Part shown: piece by piece, positions 27,800 to 34,834 of the stretch
Layout: each line of letters begins with the position of its first letter
Numbering within the stretch: position 1 is the first letter of the stretch
Source of the DNA: a virus
Lineage: Duplodnaviria > Caudoviricetes
Length of the DNA stretch: 34,834 bases
Reading direction: 5' to 3' (one strand)
IMG/VR virus record: IMGVR_UViG_3300033067_001881
Location: 1-34,834 of that record
Made by a program: the position numbers and the translations under genes
The notes under the pieces: model-generated
Told to the model about the DNA's origin: nothing
Databases searched by the model: none
The model's input: the letters and a program-made list of their open reading frames with translations, nothing else

Positions 27800-29914
27800 T
27801 TAATTAAACATGTGTTTTGCAAGGTCCATTAAAAGATCCTCATAATTTTCAGAACCATCCTTTTCAATTTCACTATCTTCTTCTTCTTGAAATAATGCCA
27901 TCATAAACGCCATTATTCTATCAAAGTTCCTTTTTGGTCTGTATTCAATTAATTCTTCTAATATACCCGGATCACAAATAGTATCAATCATTATCAATCC
28001 TTCTTCAACAGGTTTTTCTTCACCTGTCTCTTTATCAAATTCAAATGATTGAGGAACAATCTCTCTTAATAACCATCTTTTGATGAATTTAATTCCAGTA
28101 TCTTTTAATTGTTCATTCATGTGACACCCATAACCCCTTACTACCTTACTCTTTGCTACTGAACTTTTTATAACTCTATCAGGTTGAGCAGCTAAAAACT
28201 TTAATTTATTTTTTCTTTCATAATAAGTTTTTACATCTTTAATCATGTTTTCGTGCATAATAGGAGAACCATAGTATTCACACAATAACAAAGATATCTC
28301 ATTTACATCATCTGTTGTACTTGGTCTTCCAACATACATTGCTACAATTTGCCCATTAGTTTGTGAAAACCTATTGTTACCTTTTATAACATAAATAGCA
28401 GCATAAGAAGGACCTGTACTTTGATCTTGTTGATAAGGGTCATATCCAAGTTTATAATCTCCCGGTTCAGGGTCTTCATGTGGTGATTCAAATATTATAA
28501 CAGCACCATCAGTACCTAATTCAGAAGCATCTTTATTTCTATAATTCCATATTGGTTTTAACTTTGTTCCTGTTAAATCAGGAATTGCTTTTACTACACC
28601 ATTCTCTCTTATTAATTCAACAGGTGTACCCATTTTATTATGAATACTATTTAACTTTATTTTTTCTAATCTTCTTCTCATCAGTTCTACAGGTAAATCA
28701 TTTACTGATACTGATAAGAAAGATTCAGCAGGACACATGGGCCACTCTTGTACATATCTTTGATAAGAAGCCAATGATCTTGAGTTCTTTAATAATTTTT
28801 CTCTTTTTTCTTTTTGAGATGCTATTGCAGATTCCTTTAAAGAGTTACCATATTCATCAATATGCCCCGGTAAATTTTTCCATACAGGATGAAAGAATCC
28901 ACAAAAAGTATGTTCTGCATCATCATCCCATATATTTCTACACGGAAGAATATTAAACTCTTTTGGATTATAAAACATATTAGAAAAAGGAATAGATCCT
29001 GCATCCATATCTCCACCTGTACCATACATAGTCATTTGACCTGTCATATAATCTCCATCTCTACAAGTTGCATCTGTTGCCCAAAAACCTTCATCAAGAT
29101 TATTAAAAGCACCTACTTCTTCAAGTATAACATCATAAGCATCTTTTCCCCTTGCAGCATCAGGATTATCTTTAAAAGTAGTAGTAAGTATTTGTGACTT
29201 ATAACCCTTTTCGATTGGAACACCATTTACATTAGTCATGTAAGATGCTCTTCTTGCCTCATAAGTATTAGATACATCTCTTGCTTTTTTCCAAGCCGTA
29301 TGTTCATTTAAGAAGTTTAAATTATTAAGTACCATTGTAGCAGTACCTTCAGGATATAAATACTTCTTTTCAAATGCACCAATTAAAGTAGTAGAGTTTG
29401 GAATAGTATTATAATTATTACTTGCAATGGCAGCATCTTTATAAGAATAACCTGCTCTACGTCTTTTACCTATCATGCAATGATAACCACCATCCAAAGA
29501 ATCTCTATCAATTTCAATCCCAAGTTTAAGGGCATCAAGTTCTTCAGGTGTTATACCATTTCTTGCAATTTCTTTGTACCAAAAAAAATCATAATCACCA
29601 TCCCACCATTGAGGAAAGGTTTTAACTTTTTTTGCTTTTCTTTCTTTCTTTTGTTGTTTAGTCTCTTTTCCGCTTACGTTTACTGTTTGCTCTATTTGAG
29701 TATAATTCAAATAAGCATAGTGGTATCCAGTAATCCGAACACCACCATACTCATAACCTTCTCTTGTTCTTCTTAACTCTTCATCCCAATATTCTTTATA
29801 GTCAAGAGTTCCTTTAGGGGCATCACAATAGTATCCATGTTTTACAAAATGAATAGCTGCTGCTCTAAAGGCAGAAGTATCTCGCCATAAACCTTCTTGG
29901 GTTCTTACGACCAT
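27800..29914 (-). CDS. terL: Terminase large subunit
   Basis: 'ITGYHYAYLNY', Walker A-like 'KRRRAGYSY', Walker B 'VILEEVG', 'YGTGG', RNase H-like 'GYDPY' and 'NFDRIMA'. Confidence 0.95.
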   Translation of the reverse strand: MVVRTQEGLWRDTSAFRAAAIHFVKHGYYCDAPKGTLDYKEYWDEELRRTREGYEYGGVRITGYHYAYLNYTQIEQTVNVSGKETKQQKKERKAKKVKTFPQWWDGDYDFFWYKEIARNGITPEELDALKLGIEIDRDSLDGGYHCMIGKRRRAGYSYKDAAIASNNYNTIPNSTTLIGAFEKKYLYPEGTATMVLNNLNFLNEHTAWKKARDVSNTYEARRASYMTNVNGVPIEKGYKSQILTTTFKDNPDAARGKDAYDVILEEVGAFNNLDEGFWATDATCRDGDYMTGQMTMYGTGGDMDAGSIPFSNMFYNPKEFNILPCRNIWDDDAEHTFCGFFHPVWKNLPGHIDEYGNSLKESAIASQKEKREKLLKNSRSLASYQRYVQEWPMCPAESFLSVSVNDLPVELMRRRLEKIKLNSIHNKMGTPVELIRENGVVKAIPDLTGTKLKPIWNYRNKDASELGTDGAVIIFESPHEDPEPGDYKLGYDPYQQDQSTGPSYAAIYVIKGNNRFSQTNGQIVAMYVGRPSTTDDVNEISLLLCEYYGSPIMHENMIKDVKTYYERKNKLKFLAAQPDRVIKSSVAKSKVVRGYGCHMNEQLKDTGIKFIKRWLLREIVPQSFEFDKETGEEKPVEEGLIMIDTICDPGILEELIEYRPKRNFDRIMAFMMALFQEEEDSEIEKDGSENYEDLLMDLAKHMFN

Positions 29915-30135
29915 ATTGCTTTGATTTCATCAACGATTGCTTTAATTTCAGCAATCAAAGTTTTAAATTCTTTCCAATTACGGATAATATACCAAATACC
30001 TTTTTTGATCATTTCAGCAATCAAAGTAAATTTTGGAATACTTTGTTGAAACAAGTCAAATGTTTTCAGTACATCATTGTCTTGTACTTTTACTTTTTGA
30101 AGAATTGCAGTCTGTTCTTTTTTTGAAAGATTCAT
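29905..30135 (-). CDS. Small amphipathic helical protein
   Basis: 76 aa; overlaps terL start; C-terminal half is built of 'TLIAE'/'EIKAI' repeats. Confidence 0.6.
   Translation of the reverse strand: MNLSKKEQTAILQKVKVQDNDVLKTFDLFQQSIPKFTLIAEMIKKGIWYIIRNWKEFKTLIAEIKAIVDEIKAIWS
29915..30027. repeat. Short direct repeats inside the 76-aa gene
   Basis: ATTTCAGCAATCAAAGT exact at 29945-29961 and 30011-30027; imperfect 21-bp tandem at 29915-29956. Confidence 0.8.
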
Positions 30136-30162
30136 TTTGTTAAATTAAATTAGATTAAAAAA

Positions 30163-30714
30163 TTAAGAAGGATCTTCATAATCCCCCACTTCTCTGTTTT
30201 TTCTATTTCTTTGAGATTCAAAATTCTCTTGTTGTATTTTTTCTCTTAGATTGTATAAATTTGTAACTACACTTTGGGTATCTGAAAGAGCAGAAGTTAC
30301 ATCTTTAGGTTTATAAACCGGCATTCCTGTTTTAAAATTTCTTTCACCTAAATCAATTGTACGTAAAGATTTTTTTAATCCTTCTGCTGCTTCTAATGCA
30401 GCCATAAAATAAGAATATGTATCTGATCCTTCTTCTTGTAGTTCAATAAAAACTTCTGTTGCTTTTTCAAAATAAGAACTAAATGTAAAATCCTCATCTT
30501 TAACTACCAACTTCATTATCCTTTTATATCTTTCTCCTTCTTCTAATCCTAAAAAAGGATTCTTTTTATTTGCAGAGTGCATAAAGAATATAATACCAAA
30601 CTCTTTTAAAGCATGTTCTTTATCTTCTTCCCACATCTCTTTAAAAGGGTATATCAGTAAAAGTTCAGGAGAGGGTTTTACTACTCCACTTTCTATTATG
30701 AAACAATCATTCAT
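30163..30714 (-). CDS. Conserved crAss-like protein, possible terminase small subunit
   Basis: 183 aa helical; 'IDLGERN..TGMPVYKPKDV' motif; near terL. Confidence 0.5.
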   Translation of the reverse strand: MNDCFIIESGVVKPSPELLLIYPFKEMWEEDKEHALKEFGIIFFMHSANKKNPFLGLEEGERYKRIMKLVVKDEDFTFSSYFEKATEVFIELQEEGSDTYSYFMAALEAAEGLKKSLRTIDLGERNFKTGMPVYKPKDVTSALSDTQSVVTNLYNLREKIQQENFESQRNRKNREVGDYEDPS

Positions 30715-31148
30715 TACTTAATCTTTTTTAATCTTCGATACCCAAGTACTCTTTTAATATCAAACTTTTGAATACTCCAAGAATCCATTTGATTAGCACC
30801 AAGTAACCATATATGATTAGCATCTCTACGAATAAATAAACCTACATGACCTTGCCACGAACTAGGGTTATTTCTCCACAATACTACTACATCATCTAAA
30901 TCAGGTGTAATTGTATTTTCACCTACAGTTAACCAAGATCTTGCTGATGCTGATGTTGACCTTTGATACCCAAGATCCTTACAAACTTCTGATAATCCAA
31001 TACTACACCAAGAAATTGCAGAATCATCTTTAGTACCGGGAATAAAAGCTTGTATCCATTTTAAAATTATAGGGTTACTTTTTTCACCGGGTACTTCAGA
31101 AACACCATAGTACCTTTTTAAAATGTTTGTTGTTATTTCACTATTCAT
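30714..31148 (-). CDS. TIGR02594-type NlpC/P60/CHAP-like peptidoglycan hydrolase (endolysin)
   Basis: 'GVSEVPG..SNP.I', catalytic 'WCS', 'SARSWL', 'GHVG', 'LGANQ'. Confidence 0.88.
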   Translation of the reverse strand: MNSEITTNILKRYYGVSEVPGEKSNPIILKWIQAFIPGTKDDSAISWCSIGLSEVCKDLGYQRSTSASARSWLTVGENTITPDLDDVVVLWRNNPSSWQGHVGLFIRRDANHIWLLGANQMDSWSIQKFDIKRVLGYRRLKKIK

Positions 31149-31477
31149 AGAATTAAGATTTTAGAAACACCTGCTTCCTGATTAAGAAGTACAGTATTTT
31201 TATCGTTATGTAAAATTATGTTAGTAAATTGTACTTTAGTAGCACAGGAAAGAATTAAATAAAGATCAGCAGAATCAAAAAAAGAAATTACTAATCCTGT
31301 TCCTGTTCCTTCAGGAACACTTAAAATTCTAAATCTAGCTTTAGCGGTTTCTAAGAGATCAATGAAAGCATCTATTTTTGGGAAACAATCAAAATTAAAA
31401 TCTGTATTAAGATTTTTATTTTCTGCTATTACAAAATTTTTAAATGCACTTGCCTGTAGATACGTAGAATATTTCAT
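31145..31477 (-). CDS. Hypothetical protein
   Basis: 110-aa ORF tightly packed with neighbours. Confidence 0.6.
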   Translation of the reverse strand: MKYSTYLQASAFKNFVIAENKNLNTDFNFDCFPKIDAFIDLLETAKARFRILSVPEGTGTGLVISFFDSADLYLILSCATKVQFTNIILHNDKNTVLLNQEAGVSKILIL

Positions 31478-31494
31478 GTTAATTTGTTAAATAA

Positions 31495-31803
31495 TTATTG
31501 AGAAGTTACTATAAAAGTAATATAAGCTGTTTGTTGTTCCTTTGTAATCTCATCTTCAATTAGTACTGTTGCACCTTTTGAAAATTGTTGAGTTGTTTTT
31601 TGTTGCTTATGTTGCATAGAAGGTGATGGTACAATATAACCTAATGTTACTACATTATTTACAGTTGTAGAATCCGTACACCCACAATCAGGAGTTACAC
31701 TAAGTATATTACAATTCTTAAACTCAAACTTTGGTCTTATAGTTGTACCGGCTTTAACCTTGCCCATGTTAACAACAGTACTATCAATATATTTCCCTGC
31801 CAT
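31495..31803 (-). CDS. DUF1573-like Ig-fold protein
   Basis: 'NMGKVKAG...FEF....ILSVTPDCGCT' signature of the Bacteroidota DUF1573 family; no signal peptide. Confidence 0.75.
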   Translation of the reverse strand: MAGKYIDSTVVNMGKVKAGTTIRPKFEFKNCNILSVTPDCGCTDSTTVNNVVTLGYIVPSPSMQHKQQKTTQQFSKGATVLIEDEITKEQQTAYITFIVTSQ

Positions 31804-31806
31804 TTT

Positions 31807-32214
31807 TTAAATTGTAGTTTTAGAACCATTAGAATGAAAAAGAGCTCCTTGTTCATTTATAAAAAATCCAATACTTTTAAAATTTTTATACTCTTTATCG
31901 GTAAACATTGGGGGGTAACATTTACCCTCACAAGTTTTATTACAATATTGTAAAGCAGGAGTATCACATTTACATATTACACAAGCATTATCTTCTAAAC
32001 ATTTCTTGTGCATCCATTGTAATCTCAAATTAAATATTTCAAGAGTTTTTTTAGATAATAAACTAGGATAATTATAATGTAAATACATTCTCCAATTACC
32101 TATAAAATACTCAATAACATCTTTAAATGTCATTGGGGTTTTGGTATCATTTTTATATTTTTTGTATTTTTTAAAATCAGCTATTAGCTTCTTTACTAGA
32201 ATTTTTAAAGTCAT
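31807..32214 (-). CDS. Cys-rich putative Zn-binding protein
   Basis: 'CLEDNACVICKC...CNKTCEGKCYP'; start uncertain (32256, 32214 or 32133). Confidence 0.65.
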   Translation of the reverse strand: MTLKILVKKLIADFKKYKKYKNDTKTPMTFKDVIEYFIGNWRMYLHYNYPSLLSKKTLEIFNLRLQWMHKKCLEDNACVICKCDTPALQYCNKTCEGKCYPPMFTDKEYKNFKSIGFFINEQGALFHSNGSKTTI

Positions 32215-32401
32215 CTTGTATTTTTTTTCTATATTTATCAACCACAAATGTTCCAAAATAAATTAATCTTACTGATTCAAAGTTTCCTTCATTAATTGTA
32301 TTTCTTACAAGTTTAAAAGGACTCTTTAGTAATATATCAAAATGTTCATCTGATATATCATTTACTTTATTCTTTCTTGCTTCATCAATTAGCTTTGACA
32401 T
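32177..32401 (-). CDS. Short HU/IHF-like protein
   Basis: 'SPFKLVR..I.EG.FESVRLIYFGTFVV' HU-like signature, 74 aa. Confidence 0.65.
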   Translation of the reverse strand: MSKLIDEARKNKVNDISDEHFDILLKSPFKLVRNTINEGNFESVRLIYFGTFVVDKYRKKIQDDFKNSSKEANS

Positions 32402-32739
32402 TGTACTTTGAATTGGTAAACCTGATTATCTTCATTTGCTTTTAATACATCACGTACTTCATATCTACCACCGGTATTCTTTACAAATCCTGATTCAATA
32501 AAAGACTTGATATAATTAGACAAATTAGCATCAGACAAATTTAGTTTCTTTTTAATAATCTTTCTTGATGTTGTTCCAAAAATATCATCTGATAACTCAC
32601 CTTTAAATTCCATAAAAGCACTCAATACACAAAGTTGTTTTTCAGATAACCTTATTGGAAGTACTGAATTTACAATTCTAAGATGAGTTATCAAATAATC
32701 TTCGGGGTTAACATTTATTGTTTTTGTTATTGGTTTCAT
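32389..32739 (-). CDS. Winged-HTH DNA-binding protein (RepL/MarR-like)
   Basis: 'LSEKQLCVL...RKIIKKKLNLSDANLSNYIKSFIESGFV' wHTH pattern. Confidence 0.72.
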   Translation of the reverse strand: MKPITKTINVNPEDYLITHLRIVNSVLPIRLSEKQLCVLSAFMEFKGELSDDIFGTTSRKIIKKKLNLSDANLSNYIKSFIESGFVKNTGGRYEVRDVLKANEDNQVYQFKVQCQS

Positions 32740-32781
32740 TTTGGTATGTTATTCAAACTGTAATAACAAATTTGAAAATAT

Positions 32782-33168
32782 TTAAGTTCCACTTTGAATC
32801 TTTTTAATTTCATCATTATACACTTTTGTTATATTTTCAACAATATCATCAAGTAAATAAGCAAAACATTCATCTTCATGAGCAGCACCAATATACTTAA
32901 ATATGTTACAAGTAATATGATAAGCTTCATGGGCAATAGTTGAAGCTATCTTATGAAAAGGAACATCTCTTATTAAAATAACTGCGATACTATGCCCTTC
33001 ACAAAAAGGTATTGTAAGACCATTATATTCCCCAATAGTTTGCATTAGTTCTTTTGTTCCTTTATACTTCTTACTAATAGTAGTAACTGCTTTTTCTAAA
33101 CTATCTGTAATAATTACATCATACTCATAAGAATATATTTTTATTTTATGCTTTATTATTTTTATCAT
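32782..33168 (-). CDS. HExxH zincin-like protein
   Basis: 'TIAHEAYH' plus downstream 'EDECFAYLL'. Confidence 0.65.
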   Translation of the reverse strand: MIKIIKHKIKIYSYEYDVIITDSLEKAVTTISKKYKGTKELMQTIGEYNGLTIPFCEGHSIAVILIRDVPFHKIASTIAHEAYHITCNIFKYIGAAHEDECFAYLLDDIVENITKVYNDEIKKIQSGT

Positions 33169-33170
33169 AA

Positions 33171-33734
33171 TTAGGAGTTTTCATTTTTATACATTGGGAT
33201 TATTTTTGCACCTTGACAAACATCACAAACTACAGAAGTTACTGATGAAATTCCATCATCTGATACTCTACCCTTACCAAGACATATTGGACATTGTTGA
33301 TAAGGTATAAAATTAATAATAGATGATTCTTCAGGTACATCTACTACTTCTGCTTTTGAACGAACTTTAATAAAATTTTTTATGAGTTCATCTATACTTT
33401 TATTATAAGCTTCCTGATTTTCTTCATTTTTAGTTGCTTTTCCAATCCATTCTTTATTAAATTTCATTCTAAAGGTATTACCATGTATTCCGGGTTTAGA
33501 TAGTGTTTGTTTTTCATCTTCTGCTTTTGGAGGAATAAAATCGGCTAAATATGTATCTATACACAACCCTCTTTTATATAAGACTTCTTTTAAAGTAGGT
33601 GGAGTATTAAATACATCATTTGTTTCATATTTACCCCACTTAGCAATATATTCATCGTTTGTCAGCATATCCTGATCATTAATAAATTCATCACGTTTAT
33701 CAAGTGGTAGTAGAAAGTATAATCTTATTTTCAT
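33171..33734 (-). CDS. Hypothetical protein with C-terminal DnaJ-type Zn finger
   Basis: 'CPICLGKG...CDVCQGAK' CxxCxGxG-type pair. Confidence 0.65.
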   Translation of the reverse strand: MKIRLYFLLPLDKRDEFINDQDMLTNDEYIAKWGKYETNDVFNTPPTLKEVLYKRGLCIDTYLADFIPPKAEDEKQTLSKPGIHGNTFRMKFNKEWIGKATKNEENQEAYNKSIDELIKNFIKVRSKAEVVDVPEESSIINFIPYQQCPICLGKGRVSDDGISSVTSVVCDVCQGAKIIPMYKNENS

Positions 33735-34144
33735 TATATTTGATTTTTAAAATTTTCTAATAAATTTTTAATATTATCAGCTCCTACAGGATTAGCAGAA
33801 TGTACATAGTATTCAGGTAAATCTAAGTCATGATTCATGCAATATTCAACTAACCAATTAGCACAATCTTTACCTGTCTTTTCTGTATAATTTTGAGCAT
33901 CTTGATATTCCTTACTTAATTGGTAATCATGCCAATATTCTTCAGGTGTATAATGTTCATGTGCTAAATCATGGTCAAAAGATATAACTTCAGATAGACC
34001 ATTTTTTGTTATCCATTGGGTAAACTCATCATAATTCCTTACCCAAATTATTTCAGTATTTATAGGTGGTACTTTATTTTCAAGATTAAGAAAAGGATTT
34101 CTTAAATCATCTAACCACAATAATTTTATTTTACCAAAATTCAT
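33734..34144 (-). CDS. Cyclic-phosphate-processing receiver-domain (cREC-like) protein
   Basis: 'LWLDDLR', 'ISFDHDL', 'TGKDCANWL', 'VHSANPVGA' motifs. Confidence 0.8.
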   Translation of the reverse strand: MNFGKIKLLWLDDLRNPFLNLENKVPPINTEIIWVRNYDEFTQWITKNGLSEVISFDHDLAHEHYTPEEYWHDYQLSKEYQDAQNYTEKTGKDCANWLVEYCMNHDLDLPEYYVHSANPVGADNIKNLLENFKNQI

Positions 34145-34155
34145 ATTATTTGTTT

Positions 34156-34470
34156 TTAAGGGTTTAGTGTAATAATTCTTACAGGTACTTCTGAAAAATA
34201 ATCTATAAACAATTCTACATTGTCTAAATAATAATCATCTATACGTCTTCCAAGATAAGATTTAGATTTAATATCCCCATAAGTAATTGGTTCAAGAATA
34301 ACTAAATTCATTTCTTTAGCCATTTGTTTTATATTTCTTGCTTCATTACGTGAACAACAAATAATAGTTCCACCATCTTGAGCAGATCTTTTAATTAACT
34401 GATATGTCTTACCATATCCTCTTGCCATAATAATTTTTTCCATGTTTTTTGTGTTTAAGTTATTTACCAT
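34156..34470 (-). CDS. Minimal P-loop NTPase-like protein
   Basis: 'ARGYGKT' Walker A-like and 'YYLDN' Walker B-like; about 100 aa (alternative start at 34443). Confidence 0.62.
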   Translation of the reverse strand: MVNNLNTKNMEKIIMARGYGKTYQLIKRSAQDGGTIICCSRNEARNIKQMAKEMNLVILEPITYGDIKSKSYLGRRIDDYYLDNVELFIDYFSEVPVRIITLNP

Positions 34471-34730
34471 CTACTAAATCTTGTTTTAAATTCCCAAGAT
34501 TTAGCATGTTGTTCTGCTGCCCATTGTATAATATTTGGTTTTGTGATAAAAGAATCTTGCCTAGTAAGTAAAAGATTTTCAATTGTTTCATCATGAATAT
34601 AAACACAACCATCAATAGTTACTTTAGCTTTTTTAGTAGTAGATATAAAATCTCTTTCTATTTCATAATCATAAGTTATTTTTGATTTTTTAAGTATTTC
34701 TTGTACATCTTGATCAAAAGTATTTTTCAT
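34464..34730 (-). CDS. Hypothetical protein
   Basis: 88-aa ORF with AT-rich leader. Confidence 0.55.
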   Translation of the reverse strand: MKNTFDQDVQEILKKSKITYDYEIERDFISTTKKAKVTIDGCVYIHDETIENLLLTRQDSFITKPNIIQWAAEQHAKSWEFKTRFSRW

Positions 34731-34746
34731 AGTTAAACTTATTTAA

Positions 34747-34834
34747 TTAACAATTAGGACATTCAACATCCAATATATACTTCATAGTAGTTAACCTTGC
34801 TGTACTATTACCTCTCCAATAATACTTAGGACTT
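34747..34834 (-). CDS. Partial CDS (3' end only)
   Basis: Open frame from the right edge ending ...LDVECPNC-stop. Confidence 0.45.
   Translation of the reverse strand, partial: SPKYYWRGNSTARLTTMKYILDVECPNC

Noticed and set aside
11601-29776. Other short plus-strand or nested ORFs in the track (e.g. 11601, 13029, 19882, 23154, 24686, 28552, 28837, 29480)
   Set aside because: All overlap well-supported minus-strand genes and show low-information composition.
22686-29914. Introns or inteins in terL, portal or MCP
   Set aside because: Continuous frames of expected length; no intein splice or homing-endonuclease motifs seen.
1-34834. Stop-codon reassignment (TAG or TGA), known in some crAss-like phages
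   Set aside because: Terminase, portal, MCP and tail genes are full length in the standard code; TAG (4723) and TGA (31145, 32177) end genes at sensible boundaries.

Overview
An AT-rich (roughly 30% GC by eye), gene-dense segment of a crAss-like phage (Crassvirales-type podovirus, host very probably Bacteroidota). Essentially all real genes are on the minus strand and use the standard code. In transcription order (right to left) the window holds: small accessory genes (P-loop, cyclic-phosphate receiver, Zn-finger, HExxH), a wHTH / HU-like / Zn-finger / DUF1573 block, a TIGR02594-type cell-wall hydrolase, terminase, portal, scaffold-like protein, major capsid, ring and auxiliary capsid proteins, an atypical initiator-like tRNA(CAT), tail fibre and spike, two holin-like genes, a tail-hub-like pair, three Cys-rich Ig/adhesin-repeat genes, a metallophosphoesterase, a PD-(D/E)XK nuclease, ring/HU/ring, and a >1580-codon muzzle-like gene that runs off the left edge and is absent from the ORF track. 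The main oddities are: (1) the three adhesin genes look like base/shaft/tip of a donor-strand-polymerised, pilus-like virion fibre; (2) a window-wide CCAG/CTGG-to-CCGG bias resembling a very-short-patch-repair footprint, reversed in the tail-fibre module; (3) a 66-residue uncharged segment inside the muzzle protein; (4) an fMet-like tRNA lacking its three anticodon-stem G-C pairs. All family calls come from motif recognition and synteny by eye; no database search was run.
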